Shown: positions 26,971-35,538, numbered from the stretch's first letter. The stretch: 64,000 nt of DNA from an uncultured Candidatus Peribacteria bacterium (GCA_964601225.1 CAZRMM010000006.1:20240-84239); one strand, 5' to 3'. A program made the numbers and translations. The notes: generated by a model from the letters alone, not told the origin.

Positions 26971-27963
26971 TCAGTCATCCAACTCTCCCACCAAACTCTT
27001 CTCCATCAGCTCCCGAACGCGTGCCGGCGTTTTCGCCTGCGTGAGCGCCCACATGAGCTTGACCACACTGCACTCGAAACCCATGTTTTTGCCGGAGATG
27101 ACGCCGAGTTCCTCGAGCGTGAGCTGGCGGCGGAATTTCTGCAGATCCACGGCGCCGCGGAGCGTTTGCGAGATGATGACGGTGGGAATGTCCCGTTTCT
27201 TGAGCTCGCGAAGCCACGGGAAGAGGTGATCCGGGAGCATTCCCGGACCGTACGCGCGCAGAATCACGCCATGCGGGTTGCCCGCAAGCACGGCGGCGAG
27301 ATAGTCCTGAGAAATGCCCGGCACAAGCGTGATCACGACCACGTTGGGATCGAATTCGGGACGACAAAGCAGTGTCCGCTTGCGACGGACCATGCGCCAC
27401 GGATGAAGGCGAATCTCGTTGCTGAAGTCGGCGAGCGCGGGGAAGCGGGGACTGTCGAACGTCTGGAGGAGCGAATCATCGACCTTCTTCGCGCGCGTGC
27501 CTCGAATCACGCGCGGGCCGAGCACCACGCAAACTTCCGCGATATCAAGGCATGCGGCACGGATCGCAAAAATGAGGTTCATGCGTCCGTCGCCGGCAAT
27601 GTCGTTGATCGGGAGCAGGGCGCCGGTGACGACGACGGGCTTGCGAAGATTCTGCAACGCAAAACTCAGCGCGCATGCGGTATAGGCCATGGTATTCGTA
27701 CCGTGTACGACGACAAAACCGTCGAAATCCTCGTAGAGATGTTCTATTTTCCGGGCGATATCCACCCAGTGCTGCGGTGTGACGTCGGAGGAACCGACGT
27801 TCGCGATGGCGAAGAACTCAAGGGAGACCTCCTTCTGCATCTCGGGCACCGCGCGGTGCACCATGCCGAGCGACTCGACGGGCTCGATGCGGTGCGTCTT
27901 TTGGTTCATCACCATCCCGATGGATCCGCCGACGTAGAGCAGTGCGATCTTGGGTCTGGCCAT
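26971..27963 (-). CDS. ansA: type I L-asparaginase-like protein (AnsA family) with altered catalytic motifs
   Basis: Aligns by eye over its full length with cytoplasmic asparaginase (LLYVGGSIGM, VVVHGTNTMAYTA, PVVVTG, ILRAYGPG). I start at ATG 27963 rather than the track start 28056. GCTACAAT lies 6 nt upstream of the ATG. Confidence 0.8.
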   Translation of the reverse strand: MARPKIALLYVGGSIGMVMNQKTHRIEPVESLGMVHRAVPEMQKEVSLEFFAIANVGSSDVTPQHWVDIARKIEHLYEDFDGFVVVHGTNTMAYTACALSFALQNLRKPVVVTGALLPINDIAGDGRMNLIFAIRAACLDIAEVCVVLGPRVIRGTRAKKVDDSLLQTFDSPRFPALADFSNEIRLHPWRMVRRKRTLLCRPEFDPNVVVITLVPGISQDYLAAVLAGNPHGVILRAYGPGMLPDHLFPWLRELKKRDIPTVIISQTLRGAVDLQKFRRQLTLEELGVISGKNMGFECSVVKLMWALTQAKTPARVRELMEKSLVGELDD

Positions 27964-27969
27964 GGCGAG

Positions 27970-27977
27970 ATTGTAGC
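27970..27977 (-). promoter_or_regulatory. -10 element GCTACAAT, 6 nt from the ansA-like ATG (leaderless)
   Basis: The minus strand reads taaGCTACAATctcgccATG. Confidence 0.5.
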
Positions 27978-28090
27978 TTATTTTGCCGAACATCTGAACG
28001 AGCGGGTCTCGCGGGCCCCGCTCGTGAGGATTTCCTTGAAGGGAAAGAGAGCCCACGAGAGGAAACCGACAAGGTTTCCTTTCGTGAATG

Positions 28091-28135
28091 AAAAAACCCC
28101 GCTGCCGACTTCCGGAGAAGACAGTGCGAGCGGGG
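28091..28135 (-). terminator. intrinsic terminator
   Basis: The minus strand reads CCCCGCT..(inner GTCTTC/GAAGTC pairing)..AGCGGGG followed by TTTTTT. The stem arms are 28097..28103 and 28129..28135, and the run is 28091..28096. Confidence 0.65.
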
Positions 28136-28520
28136 GGTTACGACGCGACCAACGTCGTAGCTCCCTACCTTTCGGCGCCGTTTGGGTGAGGTGGCGGCCG
28201 AACCTCGTGTGTATGTGTGTGGAGCCCGCCCTTCGACAAGCTCAGGACGGGCGTCGGTTCCCTTTTTCTGCTGGGAAGGCAGTATGGTTTGTGTTTGTTT
28301 GTCATCTCGAACGAAGTCGAGAGACGATTGGTCGAGATCCCTCCAGTGGAGAGAACCTCTTGCGTGCGGGAGTCGTCGATTCCCCGCAGGGAATCGTCCG
28401 CGGAAGAGGCAGGGAGGAATGAAGGACGACCGATCGCGAGAAGGTTTCCAATGATGGAATTTCCGCCGTCGTCCCTCGTTCCTCCCGCCTCGGAAGGTAG
28501 AGAGATGGAAAAGAGCAAAT
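28091..28520 (-). ncRNA. candidate ~430-nt structured non-coding transcript, class unknown
   Basis: It is bounded by the best promoter in the window (28527..28555) and an intrinsic terminator. It contains a ~24-bp imperfect helix (GAGGCGGGAGGAACGAGGGACGAC / GTCGTCCTTCATTCCTCCCTGCCTC) and several short perfect hairpins. The ORFs crossing it are Arg-rich and read through the terminator. Confidence 0.35.
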
Positions 28521-28526
28521 CTCATA

Positions 28527-28555
28527 AGTATAGCAGAAATTCTCCATTTTTACAA
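28527..28555 (-). promoter_or_regulatory. promoter TTGTAA-17nt-(TGC)TATACT
   Basis: On the minus strand, TTGTAA is at 28555..28550 and TATACT at 28532..28527, preceded by TGC. The spacer is exactly 17 nt. Confidence 0.65.
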
Positions 28556-28605
28556 GGGGCGGTGGCAGCTCGTTTACAGAGGTTTGGAGCCGAAATTCCA
28601 AGCTT

Positions 28606-28658
28606 TAAGCACTAAATCCAAAAAGATGCATTCCTCTGCGTTTAGAATTTAGTGCTTA
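28606..28658. repeat. perfect 12-bp inverted repeat overlapping the gmk -10 region
   Basis: TAAGCACTAAAT (28606..28617) pairs with ATTTAGTGCTTA (28647..28658). The right arm overlaps TGCTTACAAT (28653..28662), which lies 14 nt upstream of the gmk ATG. Confidence 0.6.
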
Positions 28659-28676
28659 CAATTTCGTTTTTTCCCC

Positions 28677-29309
28677 ATGTTGGACGATCTTCGGCAAAAC
28701 CCTTACTCTCTCGCACAACGAATGCCCCACGGAAAACTCGTCCTCATCATCGGCCCGAGCGGCGTCGGGAAGAGCGTGATTCTCAAGAATTTGCGGACCA
28801 CTTTTCCAGAACTTCACTTCCCGCGTTCGGCTACGACGCGTGCGAGGCGCGAAGGCGAGGGGGACGACCTCTACCGCTTCGTCTCGGACAAGGAATTCGA
28901 CACTCTCCTCAAGAACGATCAGATCCTCGAGTGGGCAGTAGTGCACGGCGGCGCCCGGTACGGCACCCTCAAGGAGGAAATCATTCCCTACATCGAGAAG
29001 GGCGTGATCGTGGTGCGCGAGGTGGATGTGCAAGGCTTCGTCAGTATTCAGAACAATCCCCTCTTTGCGGACGGCTCTGCCCCCTATCGCCTGCAGTCGG
29101 TGTTCATCCTCCCCGAGAGCAAGGAGCAACTCATCGAGCACATCACGAAACGTGCGCCCATCGACGGGGAAGAACTTCGCCGCCGCCTCTCGAGCATGGA
29201 AAAGGAGCTCGCCTACGCCGAACACTGCGATGCCCGCGTAACCAACAAAGAAGGAAAGCTTGCCGAGACGCTCGAGACGGTGGAAAACATCATCTTCGAT
29301 CGGGACTGA
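28677..29309 (+). CDS. gmk: guanylate kinase
   Basis: The P-loop is GPSGVGKS. RSATTRARREGEGDDLYRFVSDKEF and EWAVVHGGARYGT match GMP kinase. Confidence 0.9.
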   Translation: MLDDLRQNPYSLAQRMPHGKLVLIIGPSGVGKSVILKNLRTTFPELHFPRSATTRARREGEGDDLYRFVSDKEFDTLLKNDQILEWAVVHGGARYGTLKEEIIPYIEKGVIVVREVDVQGFVSIQNNPLFADGSAPYRLQSVFILPESKEQLIEHITKRAPIDGEELRRRLSSMEKELAYAEHCDARVTNKEGKLAETLETVENIIFDRD

Positions 29310-29346
29310 ACAAAAAATTTGCGCTCCCCCCGGGGCGAGGTGCAGA

Positions 29347-30123
29347 ATGCCGACCATGCACCACACCGCCCAGCGCGTTTCCGCGCTCCGAATCGCCCCC
29401 TTCGCCGCCGGCTTCGCCGCGGTCGCCGGAGCCCTTCTGCTACTCCCGATCCTGCACTCTTCCGCCGCAGGCATTTGCCCGAACGTGGATGATTCGATCG
29501 CGGTGTGCAAGAGCACGGGCCTCGACTATCAAATGAACACCCGAGCCGACGGCTGCAGCATTGCCACCTGCGTGCCGATCGGCATGTGTCCCGAATTCAA
29601 AGATGAAGCAAAAGTTTGTCGTCAGACCGGATTGGACTACGAAGCATTCTGGGACGAGCGCCGCTGCAAACGCGCCAAGTGCGTGATGCCGAAGATCGAC
29701 GAAACCACGGGCTGCCCGATGCCCTGGGACGAAGCGAAGAGCAAGATTCAAAACTGTGAGTCGACGCCGGGTTTCCGCGCGATCGTGACGGAATCGGCCA
29801 CCTGTACCGTCTTCACCGGATGCGAGCGCGTCCAATCGACAGCGAAAAAAGGTGAAGTGAGCTGCACGAAGAAAATGCTCGACAATTGCGCGATCATCAA
29901 ATGCGAGGACGGCTTCACCTGGAACTCCTGCGGTGCCTCCGCCGTGACGAGCTCGGCCATGTCCGTACAGCCCGACCCCTGCGCCGAGATCCAAGCAAAA
30001 GCCAAAGAAGCCGACGAGATCTTTGCGGTGAAAAAGCGCGATGCCGACGCCAGGAACCGCCGCAATGATCTTAACGTGCAGCTCCGCCGCTGCAGGCTTC
30101 AGCATAAGAATGCTTCGAAATAA
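29347..30123 (+). CDS. secreted Cys-rich protein (258 aa)
   Basis: The signal peptide region is APFAAGFAAVAGALLLLPILHSSAAG. About 24 Cys occur in repeated C..TGLDY..(R/D)..C..A.C modules. I start at ATG 29347 because the track start 29260 overlaps gmk. Confidence 0.55.
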   Translation: MPTMHHTAQRVSALRIAPFAAGFAAVAGALLLLPILHSSAAGICPNVDDSIAVCKSTGLDYQMNTRADGCSIATCVPIGMCPEFKDEAKVCRQTGLDYEAFWDERRCKRAKCVMPKIDETTGCPMPWDEAKSKIQNCESTPGFRAIVTESATCTVFTGCERVQSTAKKGEVSCTKKMLDNCAIIKCEDGFTWNSCGASAVTSSAMSVQPDPCAEIQAKAKEADEIFAVKKRDADARNRRNDLNVQLRRCRLQHKNASK

Positions 30124-30235
30124 GGTCTCTTCCTCGCGGATTGCCTAGAAAAGCCCTCGGAAGGCTGGTACCCTCTCACGGCTCGTCCTTCGGCTTCGCC
30201 CAGGACTGGCCGACTCGATCTTTCCTTGTGTACGT

Positions 30236-30313
30236 GCGCCCGTAGTTCAGCCCGGATAGAACGCCAGGTTGCGGACCTGGAAGTCGTAGGTTCAAATCCT
30301 GCCGGGCGCACCA
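30236..30313 (+). tRNA. tRNA-Arg (anticodon GCG as read)
   Basis: The cloverleaf reads: acceptor GCGCCCG/CGGGCGC, D arm GTTC..GAAC, anticodon arm CCAGG-TTGCGGA-CCTGG, T arm GTAGG-TTCAAAT-CCTGC, discriminator A, encoded CCA. Confidence 0.85.
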
Positions 30314-30319
30314 TCTTTT

Positions 30320-30396
<77 letters not shown>

Positions 30397-30404
30397 CCGA
30401 CATC

Positions 30405-30623
30405 TCATTTTTTTGGGGAAAGAATGGAAGTTGCCCGTGATTTTTTGTCGTTCTCCACAAAGAGGTCCATAGGACCCGTCCGTACGCCGACCGCCCCGAG
30501 CAGCGCGTCGCCGATCGGGTTGAGCCGGAGCAGGCACGGGATGCCGGCGGCCTCGAGAGCGCAGCGGGCGATCTCCGCTTCCGTCTCATTTGGAAAAGAA
30601 TCCAGAAGAATCCACTGCGACAT
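30405..30623 (-). CDS. DUF2007-like small protein
   Basis: MSQWILLDSFPNETEAEIARCALEAAGIPCLL resembles the DUF2007 (putative signal-transducing) N-terminal pattern. I start at the internal ATG 30623. Confidence 0.45.
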   Translation of the reverse strand: MSQWILLDSFPNETEAEIARCALEAAGIPCLLRLNPIGDALLGAVGVRTGPMDLFVENDKKSRATSILSPKK

Positions 30624-30712
30624 GGAAAAACTGTATCGCAGTGCGATGAACAACGCGAATACGCCATACCCCTTCGTTGCGAGGACCCTATCCGCGCAGT
30701 ACGCTGACCGCC

Positions 30713-31429
30713 ATGATGACCCTTCCTCGTACAGTCGCCCTGGGATCCTTCGCCGTGATGCTCTTCACGGGACTCGGGCTCGCAAGCGTTTCATTCCTCG
30801 CGCCAAAACCAACCGAGGTGACGGATAAAACTCTCCCGCCCGCCCCGCCGTTGACGGCACAAGTCCGAGCGCAGGCACTCGGCATGTACCACGAGGATGC
30901 CGAATTGTTCCAACCGCTCACGTTTCAGCCCGGTATCGCACACTACTTCCGCTGTCCTCAGGGCGGATCGGTATCGAACATCGTCCTTCCGGCCGATTCG
31001 GGATATTGGGGATATGTTTTCAGCGGCAGAGAAGCGGTCAATTCGCTGACGGGACGTGAAATTTGGGATGGAGAGTGGTTCGCTTCGGATTCGATTAAAA
31101 ATGCGCAGGACACGTCCGGGTACCGCATGACGGAAGAAATTCCCACCGGACAATGGGTGTATCTCATGTCGAACGATCCAGTTCTCGTGAACTGCACCGG
31201 CTATCCTCTGGATGAGGACATGCAGGTCAATGTCTTGCGCCGCCCGCCCGCCAATGACCAAATACCGCTCTACGTGGACAATGCCCAGTGCACCTCCGGT
31301 TTTATGACCTGCGACGGCTCGCATAATTGCGTCTGCGGCGGCGACGAGGAAGCGTGTGCGAAGGCCAGGAAAAACAGCTATGAAAATTGCTTTTGCATGC
31401 AGGGCACATGGACGTGCGCCGTGAATTAG
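30713..31429 (+). CDS. secreted protein with Cys-rich C-terminus (238 aa)
   Basis: The signal/anchor is MMTLPRTVALGSFAVMLFTGLGLASV. The C-terminal 50 aa carry 9 Cys (CTSGFMTCDGSHNCVCGGDEEAC...CFCMQGTWTC). Confidence 0.5.
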   Translation: MMTLPRTVALGSFAVMLFTGLGLASVSFLAPKPTEVTDKTLPPAPPLTAQVRAQALGMYHEDAELFQPLTFQPGIAHYFRCPQGGSVSNIVLPADSGYWGYVFSGREAVNSLTGREIWDGEWFASDSIKNAQDTSGYRMTEEIPTGQWVYLMSNDPVLVNCTGYPLDEDMQVNVLRRPPANDQIPLYVDNAQCTSGFMTCDGSHNCVCGGDEEACAKARKNSYENCFCMQGTWTCAVN

Positions 31430-31539
31430 GAGTGAATTCGTTGCCTTCGGAGAGCGACGAAGGATCCTGAATCAGTCGCCTGCTTGCACTCGTCACGATG
31501 AGGATCTAGGCTCCGTTCCTTTCCTTTTTCCCTGAAAAA

Positions 31540-32451
31540 ATGCCTGTTGAGACGCCAATATCAGCAAATGCGGATCGTGAGGCCCGCGGAGCCGTGGGAC
31601 TTACGCGGAAAGAGGCGGCGTCCGTCATGGGCTTCAGTGAAGTCATCGTCAGAAAACTTGCAAAGAGCGGCGTCCTGCCGACTATCGCCGCGGATGACGG
31701 CAGGGTCGACGCATTGGCTCTGCGCGAAATGCTTGCTGCCCGCGGAATCACGACGGCCCCGCTCGATCGCATGATCGCAGAGAAGCGCGGCGAGCCGAAG
31801 CCGCCGATACGCCTTCAGCAACTTGACGACGAGCAGCTTCTCACGATGCAAAAAATCGGCGATCTCCTCGGTCTATCGCAACGCACAGTACAAAAACGAA
31901 TCGATTCGGGGAAAATTTCCCGGTGGTATTTTCCGGAATTTCCTGACCGACGCGCGACGCTTGCGAGCGTCTTGGCTTTTTGCCGCAGTGTCGATTTTCC
32001 AACGGAGAACATCGAAGAGCAATTTCCGCAGACGTCCATCGCACTGCTCGGCGATGCATCGCTTGCGCACGAACTAGACGCGTACCTCCCCCATCAACGC
32101 GAAGGGAAACCGACCGTGGAACCGGTGAGCGCGATATCGGACGTACACGAACTCATGAAGAAGCGTCGTCTCGCAGCAGTGCTCATGAGTCGCGAAGGGC
32201 AGCGCGCGATGGGGCAGGATTTGCCAGCCATCACCGACGCACTTGATGCCCCCATGATCGATGAAGTTATTCCTCCGTACGTCCTCGTAGGAGACGACGA
32301 GTACGACGCGGCGGAATGGGATGGCATCGCTCGGCGAAAGTGTCTTCCCGTGGCGCTCGCCGTTGATCGGAAGGACCCGGCGAATGCAGCAAGGAAGATC
32401 GCGGAGCTCCTCGGATGGGAACTTCCCGGGCACAACGGCTCGCAAGGGTGA
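31540..32451 (+). CDS. protein with two excisionase/MerR-type helix-turn-helix segments
   Basis: LTRKEAASVMGFSEVIVRKLAKSGVLP and LLTMQKIGDLLGLSQRTVQKRIDSGKI both look like HTH_17-type motifs. The C-terminal half is unassigned. Confidence 0.5.
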   Translation: MPVETPISANADREARGAVGLTRKEAASVMGFSEVIVRKLAKSGVLPTIAADDGRVDALALREMLAARGITTAPLDRMIAEKRGEPKPPIRLQQLDDEQLLTMQKIGDLLGLSQRTVQKRIDSGKISRWYFPEFPDRRATLASVLAFCRSVDFPTENIEEQFPQTSIALLGDASLAHELDAYLPHQREGKPTVEPVSAISDVHELMKKRRLAAVLMSREGQRAMGQDLPAITDALDAPMIDEVIPPYVLVGDDEYDAAEWDGIARRKCLPVALAVDRKDPANAARKIAELLGWELPGHNGSQG

Positions 32452-32454
32452 GGC

Positions 32455-32721
32455 TCAGCAATTCTTCGCTTTCCTCCATCCCGCATCCCTGGCTTCTTTC
32501 TCCGTGCAAAACCATCGCTCGCCCGAAGAGGGATCGATGACGGTAGCCTTGTAGCTCGCACAGCCTGGCAGGTGATAAATTCTCTCCTTCTTATTGATAT
32601 TTCCTTTGATGACGCAAGAAGTAGCCGACGCCTTTGGCGGTGCAGCCTTCTTCGTCGCTGCCAAGGCGGACCCGGGAGCGCAAACCGCAAGGACAATCGC
32701 AAGCGCAAAGAAGTACCGCAT
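32455..32721 (-). CDS. secreted sunset-domain-like protein
   Basis: It has a signal peptide. CVIKGNINKKERIYHLPGCASYKATVIDPSSGERWFCTEKEARDAGWRKA fits the IKGN...IYH.PG...Y....I......WFC.E.EA..AG.R pattern. Confidence 0.65.
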   Translation of the reverse strand: MRYFFALAIVLAVCAPGSALAATKKAAPPKASATSCVIKGNINKKERIYHLPGCASYKATVIDPSSGERWFCTEKEARDAGWRKAKNC

Positions 32722-32811
32722 ACGGATAGACTAAAAGGAATCCTCTCGATTCGCGCTTGCATAGAGACCCCGGTGCTGCCGTAGAATCACTTCCACTTTC
32801 CCCCTGCCCTC

Positions 32812-33264
32812 ATGCACGTCCGTTTCCTCCTCGGATCGAAAGCCGACACCGAATACGCAGAGAAGATCGCCGGCATGATCAAGGAATACGGCGTGGAGAC
32901 GCAGATCACCGTGGCTTCGGCGCACAAGGTGCCCGAGAAGGTCGCCGTGATCATCGACGAATTGAACGGGCGCACAGACCCCACGCTCGTCATCACCGTC
33001 GTCGGCATGAGCAACGGCCTCGGAGGAGTCATGGCCGGCGGTTCCGTGCACCCGGTCCTCAACTGCCCGCCGTTCAAGGACTTGAACGATTATCTCGTGA
33101 ACGTGCACTCCAGCCTGCAGATGCCCTCCGAGGTTCCGGTGATGACCGTCCTCGGACAGAAGAACGCCGCGCTCGCGGCGCTCCGCATCCTGGCGCTCAG
33201 CGACCCGGCCCTAAAGAAGAAACTGCTTGAGCGCATCGCGAAGCTGAAGGCGGAGTATCAGTAA
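32812..33264 (+). CDS. purE: PurE-family AIR carboxylase/mutase
   Basis: Matches are LLGSKADTEY, VASAHKVPEKV and VVGMSNGLGGVMAG. 150 aa. Confidence 0.75.
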   Translation: MHVRFLLGSKADTEYAEKIAGMIKEYGVETQITVASAHKVPEKVAVIIDELNGRTDPTLVITVVGMSNGLGGVMAGGSVHPVLNCPPFKDLNDYLVNVHSSLQMPSEVPVMTVLGQKNAALAALRILALSDPALKKKLLERIAKLKAEYQ

Positions 33265-33276
33265 TGTCGATGGGCG

Positions 33277-33388
33277 GTTATTGGTTACTCGTTATTGGTT
33301 ATCCGATACGAATCGAGTGACCATTCGTCCTCTGTAGTACCCACCACGAGCACTCCTCGTAACCAATAACGGATAACGAGTAACGAGC
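33277..33388. repeat. hairpin element with tandem heptamer arms (GGTTAYT)n / (ARTAACC)n
   Basis: The left arm is GGTTATT GGTTACT CGTTATT GGTTATC (33277..33304). The right arm is CGTAACC AATAACG GATAACG AGTAACG (33359..33386). It ends 6 nt before the udg ATG. Confidence 0.7.
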
Positions 33389-33393
33389 TCCCC

Positions 33394-33981
33394 ATGATCA
33401 CTCTCGACTTCCTCCAACAGCGGCTCCGTGAATGGAAAGGTTGTGAGCTGTACAAGACTGCGACCCAAGCCGTGCTCGGCGAAGGCAATTCGGAAGCCGA
33501 AATCATGTTCATCGGCGAAGCGCCCGGACAACGCGAGGACGAGCAGGGCCGGCCCTTCGTGGGACCGGCTGGACAGTTCCTGGACGAGCTCCTCGGCACG
33601 ATCGGCCTCAAGCGGGAAGACGTGTACATCAGCAACGTCGTGAAGTACCGGCCGCCAAACAACCGCGACCCCACGCCTGAGGAGAAGGAACAGTGCATGC
33701 CGTGGCTCATGCTTGAGATCGCCATCATCAAGCCGACGGTAATCGTTCCTCTCGGGCGCCACGCGCTCGGCCACTTCGTCACGACGATCTCGATCACCGA
33801 TGCGCACGGCAAGCCGATCATGATCCCAGCGAAGTCGAAGAATGGCATCGCCAATGACGTGACGGTATTTCCCATCTACCACCCCGCCGCCGCGCTCCAC
33901 AACGGAGGCCTTCGTCAATCGCTGTACGACGACTTTAAGGCGCTGGGGGAGTTTTTAAAGAGGAGAAAAGAGAAGACATAG
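33394..33981 (+). CDS. udg: uracil-DNA glycosylase, family 4 type
   Basis: GEGNSEAEIMFIGEAPGQREDEQGRPFVGPAGQFLDELL, VYISNVVKYRPPNNRDP and the late HP motif fit family 4/5 UDGs. Confidence 0.85.
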   Translation: MITLDFLQQRLREWKGCELYKTATQAVLGEGNSEAEIMFIGEAPGQREDEQGRPFVGPAGQFLDELLGTIGLKREDVYISNVVKYRPPNNRDPTPEEKEQCMPWLMLEIAIIKPTVIVPLGRHALGHFVTTISITDAHGKPIMIPAKSKNGIANDVTVFPIYHPAAALHNGGLRQSLYDDFKALGEFLKRRKEKT

Positions 33982-33982
33982 C

Positions 33983-34050
33983 GGTTACTCGTTACTGATT
34001 ATTCGTTACTCGATAGTGATACTAGTAACCAATAACGAATATCCAGTAAC
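33983..34050. repeat. second heptamer-arm hairpin element
   Basis: GGTTACT CGTTACT GATTATT CGTTACT ... AGTAACC AATAACG AATATCC AGTAAC starts 2 nt after the udg stop. Confidence 0.7.
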
Positions 34051-34091
34051 TTCTCCGACCCTCCCTCCATCACATACACTTTCGCTGCTCA

Positions 34092-34454
34092 ATGACCTCG
34101 CTCCTCTTCGCCATCACTCTCTCGTCGCTGCTGTCCGTAGCATCATTCCTCGTGGTCATTTTCCGCGTCAGCCCCATCATTTCGCCCGAGTACGCACTTC
34201 CCGCATTTTTCCTGAGCCTCCTCCTTGCCGTGAGTTCGACGGGCACATTGCTGTTGTACTTCTTTTGGCGCCTGATGCCGGTACACGCGTGGGATCTGGG
34301 TCAACTGATCGGCATATCGCTGCGACAAGGAATTTTCTTGGGAATTGCCACCATTATCATGGTGATATTCCATCTGCTTGGCCTCCTCACCTGGTGGATC
34401 GTGCCGATGATCTACGGGGTGTTCGTGCTGGTGGAGCTGGCGCTGAACTCGTGA
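34092..34454 (+). CDS. small membrane protein (120 aa, 4 hydrophobic segments)
   Basis: The profile is hydrophobic throughout. No family recognised. Confidence 0.5.
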   Translation: MTSLLFAITLSSLLSVASFLVVIFRVSPIISPEYALPAFFLSLLLAVSSTGTLLLYFFWRLMPVHAWDLGQLIGISLRQGIFLGIATIIMVIFHLLGLLTWWIVPMIYGVFVLVELALNS

Positions 34455-34455
34455 A

Positions 34456-34520
34456 GATACCGAGGATACCGACGATGGGCTTCTTCGGGCTCTTTGGAAT
34501 ACTCGGAATCCTCGGTATCC
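34456..34520. repeat. hairpin with tandem 9-mer arms
   Basis: GATACCGAG GATACCGAC (34456..34473) pairs with AATACTCGG AATCCTCGG TATCC (34498..34520). It lies in the 73-nt gap before pheS. Confidence 0.6.
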
Positions 34521-34527
34521 TTGTGCC

Positions 34528-35538
34528 ATGACCGACTTCAGCGCTTACGAAGGCAAGATCCTCGCCGCCAAGACCCCCGCGGAACTCGAGAGCATCGAGC
34601 TCGAGATCTTCGGACGAAAACAAGGCGCCCTCACGGCAGCCATGAAGGGCCTCGGCACCCTCACGCCCGAGGAACGCACGAAACGAGGACAGGAATTGAA
34701 CCAGATCAAGACGACGCTCGCGACCGCCGTCGAAAGTCGACGCAAGGCGCTCGAACGCGAGGCCATGGGCTCCCTGGGCGACAACGACCGTCTCGACGTA
34801 ACACTCGAACTTCCCCGCGACGAGCAGGGCCACCTGCACCCGATCGCCGAATTCATCCGTCAGGTGGAAGACGTTTTCACGAGGATGGGCTTCGACGTCG
34901 TCTCCGGCCCCGAAGCCGAGAGCGAGCGCACCAACTTCGACCTCCTCAATTTCCCGCTCCAGCACGCCGCCCGCGACGCGCAGGACATCTTCTACCTGGA
35001 CATGCCGGAAACCGACGGCACGCGCCCGCTGCTCCGCGGACACACGTCCACGGTGCAGGTCCGCTACATGCAGAGCCACAAGCCGCCCTTCCGCATCATC
35101 TGCCCGGGCCGCGTGTATCGGAAGGATGCCGATGCGACGCACTCGCCGATGTTCCACCAGTTCGAAGGACTCATGATCGGCAAGGACGTGAACCTTGCGA
35201 ACATGAAGGCCGTAATGATGGAAGCGATCCGCGAGCTCATCGATCCCGATACCGAATTCCGCTTCCGCACGGGCTTCTTCCCGTTCGTGGAACCGGGCCT
35301 CGAGGTGGACGTCCGCTGGCGCGGCGACGAATCGAAGAGTCGCGAGGGCAAGTGGCTCGAGATCTGCGGCTGCGGCATGGTGCACCCCAACGTCCTCAAG
35401 AACTGCGGCATCGATCCCGAGGAATTCCAGGGCTTCGCCTTCGGTTTCGGCGTCGAACGCATGATCATGATCCGCAACCAAATCCCCGACCTCCGCTCGT
35501 TCTACGTCGGGGACATGCGGTTCTTGCGACAATTCTAA
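34528..35538 (+). CDS. pheS: phenylalanine--tRNA ligase alpha subunit
   Basis: FRIICPGRVYRKDADATHSPMFHQFEGL and GFAFGFGVERMIMIRNQIPDLR are class II motifs 2 and 3 of PheS. No pheT follows. Confidence 0.95.
   Translation: MTDFSAYEGKILAAKTPAELESIELEIFGRKQGALTAAMKGLGTLTPEERTKRGQELNQIKTTLATAVESRRKALEREAMGSLGDNDRLDVTLELPRDEQGHLHPIAEFIRQVEDVFTRMGFDVVSGPEAESERTNFDLLNFPLQHAARDAQDIFYLDMPETDGTRPLLRGHTSTVQVRYMQSHKPPFRIICPGRVYRKDADATHSPMFHQFEGLMIGKDVNLANMKAVMMEAIRELIDPDTEFRFRTGFFPFVEPGLEVDVRWRGDESKSREGKWLEICGCGMVHPNVLKNCGIDPEEFQGFAFGFGVERMIMIRNQIPDLRSFYVGDMRFLRQF

Noticed and set aside
28091-28525. Identification of the 28.1-28.5 kb transcript as RNase P RNA, tmRNA, SRP RNA or 6S RNA; also the 235-aa ORF 27818..28525
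   Set aside because: GAAGGGCGGGCTCCA superficially resembles the RNase P P4 strand (GAAAGTCCGGGCTCCA), but it lies near the 3' end and no ACAGAACCCGGCTTA partner exists. There is no tRNA-like T-arm/ACCA end and no GGGG 5' end for tmRNA. The GGAA loop in the terminator lacks the SRP symmetric-loop context. The ORF starts 2 nt after the -10 hexamer, is Arg-rich and reads through the terminator into ansA.
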